From: Candidatus Latescibacterota bacterium
GTDB taxonomy: Bacteria > Latescibacterota > UBA2968
Assembly: GCA_965205975.1 (NCBI GenBank)
Contig: OZ242195.1
Span: 4,576,001-4,640,000, forward strand
Reading direction: 5' to 3'
DNA length: 64,000 nucleotides
Position numbers and translations under genes: made by a program. Numbering within the stretch: the first letter of the stretch is position 1; each line of letters starts with the position of its first letter. This document shows positions 1-8,394 of this stretch, piece after piece. The notes under the pieces are model-generated. The model was not told the origin of the DNA. It ran no database searches and saw only the letters and a program-made list of their open reading frames with translations.

Positions 1-114
1 ACACACGAGAGATGCAAAAGCCCACACCAGCGTTTTCTGCCGCAATAGCACACATAAGGGGGCCGATACAAGGGGGACAACGATCAACAATATGGGCAGA
101 TGCATATCAATCAT
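1..114 (-). CDS. mrpD: Mrp antiporter subunit D, 5' part (runs off window)
   Basis: Manual translation MIDMHLPILLIVVPLVSAPLCVLLRQK...; start overlaps the 3' end of mrpC; typical MrpD N-terminus. Confidence 0.75.
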   Translation of the reverse strand, partial: MIDMHLPILLIVVPLVSAPLCVLLRQKTLVWAFASLVC

Positions 115-460
115 TCACGCGGTCCCGTTCTATAATTTCGTCTTCCTCAATTGTATCATAAGCTTCTCCGATTCGCACGACGAGTGCCAACCCCAGGGAG
201 AGGGTTGCAATGCCCACGACAATTGCCGTCAGGATGAGTACATGGGGCAATGGGTTGGAATACACTTCAATACCTTCGCTCAAAATTGGCGCAGTGCCGC
301 CGCTTACTTTTCCCATGGTGATATAGAACAAGAAAACCGAGACCTGAAAGATACTCAGGCCAATCAATTTTTTGATGAGATTGGGACGCGCAATTGTGGT
401 GTACAGTCCAATCATCATCAAGACCATGCACGCCCAATCGTTCAATAATCCTACAGTCAT
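107..460 (-). CDS. mrpC: Mrp antiporter subunit C
   Basis: NLIKKLIGL...NPLPHVLILTAIVVG motif, 3 TM, operon context. Confidence 0.93.
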   Translation of the reverse strand: MTVGLLNDWACMVLMMIGLYTTIARPNLIKKLIGLSIFQVSVFLFYITMGKVSGGTAPILSEGIEVYSNPLPHVLILTAIVVGIATLSLGLALVVRIGEAYDTIEEDEIIERDRVND

Positions 461-882
461 CGCAATTGTCTCCGACCTGCAAAAGCAAAAAAGACCGCGA
501 TCATTACCGCAGCTACGGTAATACCCACGCCGAGTTCGACCAGAAAGATGCCCAGATGTTGTCCGTGCGGTGCACTTTCTGGATCCAGAGCCGTATAATC
601 CAGGAAATTATAGCCGAGAAATAGGGAGACCGCTCCCGTGCCCGCATAGAGCAAGACGCCGAGTGCGACGAGCGTTTCAATGATGCGGGGTTTTACAATT
701 TGTTTTGCAGCTTGCAGGCCAAAAATTAGCGTGTAGAGCACCACTGCTGCTGCAAAAATCACACCGGCTTGAAACCCTCCTCCGGGTCCGAAGTCGCCGT
801 GAAATTGCACGTAGAGCGCGAATAGCAGTATCGGCGGAATGAGTCCCTTGCCCACTACGCGGGGAATGCCCTGATGTTTCAT
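457..882 (-). CDS. mrpB: Mrp antiporter subunit B
   Basis: HGDFGPGGGFQAG motif; probable start MKHQ at 882 overlapping the upstream stop. Confidence 0.9.
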   Translation of the reverse strand: MKHQGIPRVVGKGLIPPILLFALYVQFHGDFGPGGGFQAGVIFAAAVVLYTLIFGLQAAKQIVKPRIIETLVALGVLLYAGTGAVSLFLGYNFLDYTALDPESAPHGQHLGIFLVELGVGITVAAVMIAVFFAFAGRRQLR

Positions 883-1418
883 GATTTGTCCTCCTTGCGC
901 CATATATGTCCCAGGAGCAATATTACGCCGATGCCAGCCGTAAAAATCACGGTTACTTCACCCAGTGTATCGTATCCCCGGTAGCTCGCCAATACCGATG
1001 TTACAATATTGGGGATTCCCATTTCTTCTCCCGATTTTTCAATATAGCGGTCGGCAACGTGTGTGTGAACGGGTGCATTGGGGTCGCCGAACATCGGCAT
1101 GTCCAGTGTGCCGTAAATAAGCGCGCTGCCTGTAATAAGTACGACGAGCAGTGCCAATGCGTTATTTTTTTTGGCAACTTTTTCTTCGCGCGTCGTCAAT
1201 GATAGTGTACCCAGAAGGAGTACGGTTGACACGCCAGCGCCAACAGCGGCTTCGGTAAATGCAACATCGACGGCGTCGAGCAATGTAAATATAATAGCTG
1301 ATAGGAAGCTGAATATGCCCATCATCATTGCAGCCATAAACAGATTTTGCATTCGGGAAATTGCGACCGCGAGTACGATCATCAAAATTAGCAGGACAAC
1401 ATCTGCAATTTCAGTCAT
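879..1418 (-). CDS. MrpB-related subunit (DUF4040/MnhB-like)
   Basis: AVDVAFTEAAVGAG and PNIVTSVLASYRGYDTLGE motifs; GGAGG RBS before ATG 1418. Confidence 0.88.
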   Translation of the reverse strand: MTEIADVVLLILMIVLAVAISRMQNLFMAAMMMGIFSFLSAIIFTLLDAVDVAFTEAAVGAGVSTVLLLGTLSLTTREEKVAKKNNALALLVVLITGSALIYGTLDMPMFGDPNAPVHTHVADRYIEKSGEEMGIPNIVTSVLASYRGYDTLGEVTVIFTAGIGVILLLGHIWRKEDKS

Positions 1419-1473
1419 GATGCCTCCACTATGACATCGTGGGTTTTGTCGTATATGTGCATAGGGCAAGAGC

Positions 1474-2808
1474 CTATCGTCGAGATAAGCGCGTCGTAAA
1501 ATATAAAACTGTGCAGCCAATGAGTGCCGAGGTAAGCGATCCTATCAATACACCGGCTTTTGCCACTTCGGCCAGGGATTCGTCCGGAAAGGCCAGGGTG
1601 GATATAAACAGGGCCATGGTAAAGCCAATGCCTGATAGCATGCCCACCCCGACGACCTGCGAGAAGTTCAGGTCCTGGGGCAACTCGGCAACACCTACCT
1701 TTACCGCCAGATAGGAGAACAACCAGATACCGAGGGGTTTGCCTACGACAAGACCTAAAATAATGCCGCTGGTAATTGAATTTGCAATCAGTGCTGACAT
1801 ATTGCCCGCAAATACCACACCCGCGTTCGCCAGTGCAAAGAGCGGCAAGATCACAAAGGTTACGACAGGCATCAAGGCGTGTTCGAGTTCCTGCAATGGC
1901 GCGATAGCCTGTTCGCTCACCTGTTCCACAGAATGGACAATGGTGTGCTGTTCGCTGCTGAGCAGCAACCTGCCCTGGGGTAGTCCGGTTTTCCTGAGTC
2001 GGCTCAGCAGTTCTTCCGTCTGTTCGCAAAACTCCTGCCCGTCAATGCGGGTTCTGGAGGGAATGGTAAAGGCCATCAGCACAGCGGCGAGCGTCGCATG
2101 GACGCCGGATTTCAGGAAGGCAACCCAGACGATAAAGCCGATCAAAAAATAGACGACTGGATTGCGCACACCAGCGATATTCGAGCCAATAGAAAACAGC
2201 AGGAATAAACCGCCAATTACAAGGCTTTGCAGCGCGATGGCGTCCGTGTAGAAAATCGCTACGACTATAATGGCTCCAATATCATCTACAATGGCGAGCG
2301 CGGTGAGGAATACCTTTAGCGAAATAGAAACCGGGAATAGGGCCAGTACGCCAAGGGCAAATGCGATATCCGTTGCCATGGGTATGCCCCAACCGCGAAA
2401 GGCTTCTCCTGATGGATTGAGCAACAAGTAGATCAACGCAGGCATGACCATGCCCCCCAGGGCTGCAAAGATAGAGAATGCGGCCTGGCGGGGATTGGCG
2501 AGTTCGCCAGCGAGAAACTCCCGTTTGATTTCGAGACCAACGACAAAAAAGAAGATGCCCATGAGGCCATCGTTAATCCAGTGGCCGATGGATTTTGATA
2601 GGCCGTATTCACCCAGTGCCAGCGTTGCTTTGATGTGCAGCCAGTCGTAGTAGTAGGGATAGAAGGACGAATTTGCCCAGATCAAGGCGACAATTGCCAT
2701 GGCGAGTAGCAAGCAAGCCCCGGCCAATTTGTTCATGAGAAATGTCTTTAAGGGACGGAGGAGTCTATCAATTAGAGCCTGGTCAGCGGGCATAGGCAAT
2801 CCTATCAA
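1474..2808 (-). CDS. nhaA: Na+/H+ antiporter NhaA
   Basis: WINDGLM, GWGIPMATDIAF, LAIVDD, GIGFTMALFI signature motifs. Confidence 0.96.
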   Translation of the reverse strand: MIGLPMPADQALIDRLLRPLKTFLMNKLAGACLLLAMAIVALIWANSSFYPYYYDWLHIKATLALGEYGLSKSIGHWINDGLMGIFFFVVGLEIKREFLAGELANPRQAAFSIFAALGGMVMPALIYLLLNPSGEAFRGWGIPMATDIAFALGVLALFPVSISLKVFLTALAIVDDIGAIIVVAIFYTDAIALQSLVIGGLFLLFSIGSNIAGVRNPVVYFLIGFIVWVAFLKSGVHATLAAVLMAFTIPSRTRIDGQEFCEQTEELLSRLRKTGLPQGRLLLSSEQHTIVHSVEQVSEQAIAPLQELEHALMPVVTFVILPLFALANAGVVFAGNMSALIANSITSGIILGLVVGKPLGIWLFSYLAVKVGVAELPQDLNFSQVVGVGMLSGIGFTMALFISTLAFPDESLAEVAKAGVLIGSLTSALIGCTVLYFTTRLSRR

Positions 2809-3119
2809 TCTATATGTTCGTCTGTCACAACGGGCTTGAGACCCGAAATAAGTGCTGCTTTACCAACTGCGTGGGTCGATGTGGGGCTGGTGACGAGCAA
2901 TATCACCAGAATCATCACCAGTTTTACTGTGACCATTGTCAGGCCACCCTGAAACATCAGTCCTATGAGAATGAGGCCTGCCCCCAGTGTGTCGGTAATA
3001 CCACCGCCGTGCAGGCGGCTGTAAAAATCGGGCAAGCGCAACAGGCCCAGGCCACCTATCAAGCATAGAATACATCCCAGGATAAGGCAAATCCAGCTCA
3101 ATATATCGATCATGATCAT
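2805..3119 (-). CDS. mrpG: Mrp antiporter subunit G
   Basis: GLLRLPDFYSRLH...TSPTSTHA motif. Confidence 0.93.
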   Translation of the reverse strand: MIMIDILSWICLILGCILCLIGGLGLLRLPDFYSRLHGGGITDTLGAGLILIGLMFQGGLTMVTVKLVMILVILLVTSPTSTHAVGKAALISGLKPVVTDEHID

Positions 3120-3137
3120 GGTGTTTGGGTCCTTTTT

Positions 3138-3407
3138 TTACTCTTCTGGCTCCGCACCTAAGTCGCCATACCTCACAAATTTTAGAACGGCCAATGTACC
3201 GATAAAATTGATCAATACATAAATCAGGGCGAGATCCAAAAAATCCGGACGACCGGTTAAAAATCCGAGTACAGCAATAAATAATACGGTTTTGGTGCCA
3301 AACATATTTATCGATAAGATGCGATCGTACACAGTCGGCCCCAATAGGGCGCGGCAAAGTGCCAGTGCCATGGTGACCAATATGCCGATCATTGCCGCAA
3401 TAAACAT
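3138..3407 (-). CDS. mrpF: Mrp antiporter subunit F
   Basis: GPTVYDRIL...LDLALIY..INFIGT motif. Confidence 0.93.
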   Translation of the reverse strand: MFIAAMIGILVTMALALCRALLGPTVYDRILSINMFGTKTVLFIAVLGFLTGRPDFLDLALIYVLINFIGTLAVLKFVRYGDLGAEPEE

Positions 3408-3408
3408 C

Positions 3409-3885
3409 TCATCGCTCCTGTGCCGTTACGCGACGATCCATATCGCCGCTCTGTACATCATCAGCGGCTTCTTTTGTCAGGGCATGAACCACAATTTCTT
3501 CTCCGTCCAGGTCGAGTGATACGGTGCCGGGGGTCAGGGTTATTGAATTGGCAAAGATGACGCGACAGAGATCGGTTTTTTGCGTTCCCGTTACGCGCAC
3601 TATGCGCGGAGCGATGGGCAACCTCGGACTCAAGATGCGTTTTGCCACGTCGATATTCGCTTTGATAATTGCCCAGGCCAGCCACGGAATATACAAAACC
3701 ATGTGCCGAGCCAGATGAATCGGGACTCCTTCTTCATCTATAATATCCAGACGATCTGCCAGATAAACGACAAAAGCGCACGACAATATACCCATGGTCA
3801 GGACGAGCGTGTGTTCAAGCGTATAATGTCCAGACCAGAGTAGCCAGATGGCGAATGAAGAAACACAAAAAAAGATGTAACGCAT
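3409..3885 (-). CDS. mrpE: Mrp antiporter subunit E
   Basis: ANSITLTPGT motif; start MRYIFF at 3885 after GAGG. Confidence 0.92.
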   Translation of the reverse strand: MRYIFFCVSSFAIWLLWSGHYTLEHTLVLTMGILSCAFVVYLADRLDIIDEEGVPIHLARHMVLYIPWLAWAIIKANIDVAKRILSPRLPIAPRIVRVTGTQKTDLCRVIFANSITLTPGTVSLDLDGEEIVVHALTKEAADDVQSGDMDRRVTAQER

Positions 3886-3979
3886 ACAGACCTCGAGTAA
3901 AAGCGGTGAGATGTGGGACGCAAAAGGAGGGTACACCGCCCAACCGCCCAGCCCTATAGATGAAACGCAATCGGGAAAG

Positions 3980-4020
3980 GCACAAAAAACCCATTCGTTC
4001 GCCCGAATGGGGGGATGTGC
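3980..4020 (-). terminator. Terminator-like hairpin in the mrpE 5' region
   Basis: Minus strand CCCATTCG-GGCGAA-CGAATGGG followed by TTTTTT. Confidence 0.6.
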
Positions 4021-4105
4021 GAACTATTCTATTTAATATTTTTCAACGCAAAAAATCAAGCGAAATATCTCATCGCGTCTTATCTTGTAGGCGGGTTATT
4101 TATTA

Positions 4106-4441
4106 TTGAGCAACTGCCTAATTAATAGAAAGGTACAGTCGGTGTCAACTATTCTGATCGCATATCTGTTTACAGCGCTCGTTTTTGGATTTTTTCTCTA
4201 TTATTTTGTTTGGCGAAATCGCTATGTGACGCAGATTCGCCTATCTGTTTACAAAGTTGAAGGGCGGGTTGTGAGTATTGAGCGCGTGGTGAGGGAGATT
4301 CAGGTGAATGAGCATCGGGATCTGCTGGCATTAAAACGCATTGAGTGGAAGGTTATTTACAAAGACCGGGATGACAATCTCTGCGAGACCCGTTGCCGCG
4401 TTCAAGGCGGGCAACTCGACTGGCATCCTCCGCTGTCATGA
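4106..4441 (+). CDS. Small hypothetical membrane protein (start may be GTG 4142)
   Basis: N-terminal hydrophobic helix then soluble beta-rich part; fills the gap without overlaps. Confidence 0.5.
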   Translation: MSNCLINRKVQSVSTILIAYLFTALVFGFFLYYFVWRNRYVTQIRLSVYKVEGRVVSIERVVREIQVNEHRDLLALKRIEWKVIYKDRDDNLCETRCRVQGGQLDWHPPLS

Positions 4442-4444
4442 TTT

Positions 4445-6019
4445 TTACATACCCCAGATATCGATATCGACCCCACTGCTCAATGTGCGGCGATCATGGA
4501 ATATTTTGTCTGCCCAACGCCTGCCTTCACGACGGTCAAAGATTATCAGATGCCCCGCCTCTGCATCACATCGATCCATGTACTCCGCGGTCTGATCAAG
4601 ACCATCGGTGATGGTTTGCTCCAGGCTTTTGTGGAGGATTTTGCATTCGATCACGATTTTGCGCATCTGATCGCCCTGTGGCCAGACGATTAGCAAATCC
4701 GTGTGCATTCGACCAAGGCCATACTCCCGCTCAATGCGTCCACCGCTGTTGACAATCCGCTGGAGAAAGGCTTGTAACAATAACTGTGGACCGGCTTCCT
4801 GGTATTGGAACCGCTTCACCCAATGTTCTGAGTGTTCGCGGAAGAAGGTTTGAAATGCAGTCATCAGTTTGACGACGTTCAGGCTACCATCGGCATTGAC
4901 ATACCAGGCTGTTTCCTGTTCGAATTCCTCTTGAACGACCCACGTCAACTCGCGGGGGACGACCTCGGCGTAGATGGGATTGGCGATACGCAACGGACGC
5001 TTTTGAGCCATGAGGCCGAGATCTCGCACATACTCCAGGTCTCGGTCGATGAAGTGGCGTACCTCGGCTCCGCTCAAAAGTGGTTCGATAACGCGCCGCA
5101 CGCGGTCTTCCTTGAGCTTGTCGGCCAATTGGTCAAGGTGCGTCTCTCGGCGCTGGATGAGTTGCTCTTGTGCGTTGCGGATGGCGTCGGCAGTGATTGG
5201 GATGTCGCGGTTTTGTGCGCCTTCGCCATAGAAACAGGTTTCGTCAGATAGGGCATTGACCAGCCAGGGCTGTCCCTGGGTCTGTCTCCAGATGAGTTCC
5301 AGCGCGTTGGGGGTGAATTGCTGTCCGGTTTCTTCGGTGTGCTGGTCGAGCAATGCGATCACTTCATCTTGTGAGAAGTCGCCCAGTCGCAGGGATCGCG
5401 CTTTAATGTTGAAGGCACTGCCACCAGCGATGATGGCGTTGGCTGAACTGGAATGAATGCGGTAATCGCGCACATCGCGCACCCCACACAATATCACGCT
5501 TTGCGGAAAACTGTCCGGACGACGGTCGTAGCCTGCTCGCAACTGCCGTAGCACGGATAGCAGAGAATCCCCGATCAAGGCATCGATCTCGTCAATGAGC
5601 AACACCAGAGGCTTCGGGGTAGCCTCGGCCCAGCGCGTCAATGCTTCGCGCAGGGCACCGTGAGGGCCAGACCTCGCCAGGATACCGGGCCAGACCTCGT
5701 CCAGAAATTCGTCGCCAGTCGAACGCGCCCGGGACGCCAGTTCGTCCAGAATGGTGCGCATCACCTGTTCCACATCTTCGCGCGCTGTCTGCCCGCCTTC
5801 AACGTTGACATACACGCAGTGATAGTCGTCTTCGGCGTTGAGCAAGTCGCGCAGGGCCAGCAGGGCAGAGGTCTTGCCCGTTTGTCGGGGCGCGTGCAGG
5901 ACGAAATAGCGTTTGTCGCGGATAAGTCGGCGGACTTCGGTAAGGTTGAGCCGCTCCAGAGGCGGGATGCAATAATGATCCGCAGCCACTACGGGTCCAC
6001 TCGTATTGAAGAAGCGCAT
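4445..6019 (-). CDS. AAA+ ATPase with C-terminal PD-(D/E)XK nuclease-like domain
   Basis: Walker A APRQTGKT, Walker B LLIDEID, C-terminal EREY..GRMHTDLLI..VIECK; start MRFFNTSG with AGGAG RBS. Confidence 0.85.
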   Translation of the reverse strand: MRFFNTSGPVVAADHYCIPPLERLNLTEVRRLIRDKRYFVLHAPRQTGKTSALLALRDLLNAEDDYHCVYVNVEGGQTAREDVEQVMRTILDELASRARSTGDEFLDEVWPGILARSGPHGALREALTRWAEATPKPLVLLIDEIDALIGDSLLSVLRQLRAGYDRRPDSFPQSVILCGVRDVRDYRIHSSSANAIIAGGSAFNIKARSLRLGDFSQDEVIALLDQHTEETGQQFTPNALELIWRQTQGQPWLVNALSDETCFYGEGAQNRDIPITADAIRNAQEQLIQRRETHLDQLADKLKEDRVRRVIEPLLSGAEVRHFIDRDLEYVRDLGLMAQKRPLRIANPIYAEVVPRELTWVVQEEFEQETAWYVNADGSLNVVKLMTAFQTFFREHSEHWVKRFQYQEAGPQLLLQAFLQRIVNSGGRIEREYGLGRMHTDLLIVWPQGDQMRKIVIECKILHKSLEQTITDGLDQTAEYMDRCDAEAGHLIIFDRREGRRWADKIFHDRRTLSSGVDIDIWGM

Positions 6020-6084
6020 CCCTATGTCTCCTTTTGTAATGAATATCTCCGCGAGATCCATTGCCGTGCGGGAGGTGGTTGACG

Positions 6085-6315
6085 CTACGATCCCACTTTT
6101 TCTGTGATGGAGACGGTGGTCTGGTCTTGTTGCGCTTTTTTGCGACGTGGACATGTAAAGCAGGCCGAGTCTTCGTCGAGGCTCTGTTCATGGGTTTCTA
6201 AGACGTCGCCACAACAACTTTGCTGCTTTTTTTTATATTGAGCAAATGTCAACGCACCTGCCATAAACGCAAATGCTATGATGAGAAAGATCGTCGCTGT
6301 TAATATGGTTTCCAT
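6085..6315 (-). CDS. NqrM-like small Cys-rich membrane protein
   Basis: One TM, then KKKQQSCCG...CFTC (4 Cys), directly downstream of apbE. Confidence 0.65.
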   Translation of the reverse strand: METILTATIFLIIAFAFMAGALTFAQYKKKQQSCCGDVLETHEQSLDEDSACFTCPRRKKAQQDQTTVSITEKVGS

Positions 6316-6325
6316 GTTAGAGTCC

Positions 6326-7327
6326 TTATTTGAGCAATGTCTCAAAATTAGACGTCATTTTTTCCACGAACCCATCTCCCTGTCGTACAATCATAAATAC
6401 GGCAAAATTGTGTTTTTCTGCAAATGCAAATCCCGTTTCCGGTCCCATTACATTGATCGCCGTGGCCAGTCCATCGGCGTAGGCGCAGCTTTTGTGTAGT
6501 ACTGTTACGGAGGCCAGGGCGTGTGTTATCGGTCGTCCGGTGCGCGGGTCGATGGTGTGGGAATACCGCACGCCGTCGCGTTCAAAATAGTTGTGGTAAT
6601 CGCCCGATGTTGCCAGGGACATGTTGTCTATGGCGAGTGCTTTTTGTAGTTCGCCCTGTCCCGCGGGGCTGGCAATGCCAATTCGCCAGAGTTGTCCGAG
6701 GTGATTGTGTCCCTTTGTCCGCAGTTCGCCACCGATTTCGATAAAATAGCGATTGATGCCCAAACTGTCCAGATAACTCGCTATGCGATCTACGCCAAAT
6801 CCCTTGGCGATTGCGGATAGGTCGCAATAGATTTCGGGTCGTTCTTTTTTTATTGCGGAAGCAGATAGGTCAATGTGAATTTTTTCATAGCCGACCAGTG
6901 TTTTAGCAGCTTGTATTGAGTCGGGCGATGGCACGCGCTCGGGGATGGCGTTGGGTCCAAAACCCCAAAGGTTGACCAGCGGCCCGATGGTGACGTCAAA
7001 CGCGCCATCAGACCAGGTGCTGATTTCACGCGCGATGTGTAAAACATAAGCAAAGTCCGATGAGACTGCAAACCAGTCTGTTGAAGGCGAGCGGTTGAAT
7101 TGGGTGATTTCGGAGTTGTCCTGATAAGTGGACATCTGGCGATTGACTTCTTTTAGGCGGGCATTGATTTCTCGGTCCAATACATCCGCGTCAAGAGTTT
7201 GGTCTTTTTGGACGATTTTGACCTGAAACGTCGTTCCCATCGTAGGACCTGAAATCGTCACCATCTGATCCCGATCCTGACATCCGATCAACAGGATTGG
7301 AAATACCCATCGCCAAATTCTGTCCAT
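6326..7327 (-). CDS. apbE: FAD:protein FMN transferase (lipoprotein)
   Basis: TMGT, DLSAIAKG, ATSGDY, SHTIDPRTG motifs; lipobox LLIGC after MDRIW start. Confidence 0.95.
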   Translation of the reverse strand: MDRIWRWVFPILLIGCQDRDQMVTISGPTMGTTFQVKIVQKDQTLDADVLDREINARLKEVNRQMSTYQDNSEITQFNRSPSTDWFAVSSDFAYVLHIAREISTWSDGAFDVTIGPLVNLWGFGPNAIPERVPSPDSIQAAKTLVGYEKIHIDLSASAIKKERPEIYCDLSAIAKGFGVDRIASYLDSLGINRYFIEIGGELRTKGHNHLGQLWRIGIASPAGQGELQKALAIDNMSLATSGDYHNYFERDGVRYSHTIDPRTGRPITHALASVTVLHKSCAYADGLATAINVMGPETGFAFAEKHNFAVFMIVRQGDGFVEKMTSNFETLLK

Positions 7328-7540
7328 TACCCCAAATGTCGTGTTGAAAAAACGCATCGCTGTGTCTCTTGTCTCATGCATTAGCGGTTCTGAATGGAAA
7401 TTGGGAATCATATAGCGATACTTATATCCTCGCTATATATATCCTATATCTATCGCTTTACTCCAAAATACAATTTAAAATCCAATCACACTGTAAATAT
7501 AAATAATTTCAATAGTTTATACAAGTATTATTAAACTCAT

Positions 7541-7569
7541 TTGACACGGCGTTTTAATCTCTTTATATT
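7541..7569 (+). promoter_or_regulatory. sigma70-type promoter for the CBS gene leader
   Basis: TTGACA-17 bp-TATATT. Confidence 0.7.
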
Positions 7570-7754
7570 CTCCAAAATAGCGAATAATCCAACAATTCAA
7601 TAAGGAGGTTGACTGTGTTGCCCAAACCCGATTCGTAGCTGGGGTGCAATAAAGTATTTGGTGGAGATTTTTCGGCATACAGCCTGTGCTTTTAGGCGGG
7701 TTTTGACAACTAACGCGCACACGAGGAGGAGGGCCATGCCACCAACAAATTTAT

Positions 7755-7811
7755 GCGGCTCCGATGAGAAGTCATACTGTGAATCACTTTTGATCGGAGC
7801 CGCTTTTTTTT
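7755..7811 (+). terminator. Terminator/attenuator upstream of the CBS gene
   Basis: GCGGCTCCGAT/ATCGGAGCCGC stem followed by T8. Confidence 0.7.
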
Positions 7812-7850
7812 CCCCAAACCCGTGGAATTTTTCCCCCAACTCATGGAGGT

Positions 7851-8300
7851 ATGATCATGACCATTCGAGATATTCTCGACCAAAAAGGTCGCCGCGTGAT
7901 TGCGATTGCCCCTGATCACACATTGGATGTGGTACTGGCTACGCTGATTCAAAATAGCGTGGGTGCGCTTGTCGTGCAGAATCGAGCAGGAGATTTGCTC
8001 GGTATTATCACTGAGCGCGATTTGATGCGCGTGGTGTATAATGGCGCAAATTTGCAGGCTGTGCGCGTTGAAGATGTGATGACGCGCGATCTCGTTACAA
8101 GCAATCCGGATTGCGATATTGAATATGTGATGGCAGAGATGACCGAGGGGCGATTCCGCCACATGCCGATTGTTGATGAGGTGGGTCGTCTCGCTGGCAT
8201 TGTGTCGATTGGCGATATTGTTAAAGCCAAGTTAGAATCTGCTGAGGAAGAAGTGATGATATACAAGGATTTTGTCACGCTGGATTGGCGGGCATCGTAA
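7851..8300 (+). CDS. Stand-alone tandem CBS-domain protein
   Basis: GIITERD, FRHMPIV, GIVSIGDIVK motifs; GGAGG RBS. Confidence 0.92.
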   Translation: MIMTIRDILDQKGRRVIAIAPDHTLDVVLATLIQNSVGALVVQNRAGDLLGIITERDLMRVVYNGANLQAVRVEDVMTRDLVTSNPDCDIEYVMAEMTEGRFRHMPIVDEVGRLAGIVSIGDIVKAKLESAEEEVMIYKDFVTLDWRAS

Positions 8301-8335
8301 CACAGGAGGTTCATGTGTCTGAAGAACTACCCGAC

Positions 8336-8375
8336 AAAAAAGTCTTCGGTTCACCAGCAACCGAAGACTTTTTTT
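8336..8375. terminator. Bidirectional terminator between the CBS gene and nqrF
   Basis: A-tract GTCTTCGGTT..AACCGAAGAC T-tract. Confidence 0.85.
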
Positions 8376-8394
8376 ATGTACTTTTTGAACTGGA

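Noticed and set aside
3886..3980. nhaA-I/nhaA-II or Na+ riboswitch before mrp/nhaA
   Set aside because: Could not match the consensus by eye; needs an Infernal search.
7411..7460. TATAGCGA/TCGCTATA inverted and ATATCCT repeats upstream of apbE
   Set aside because: Low-complexity AT-rich sequence; could be an operator but there is no supporting evidence.
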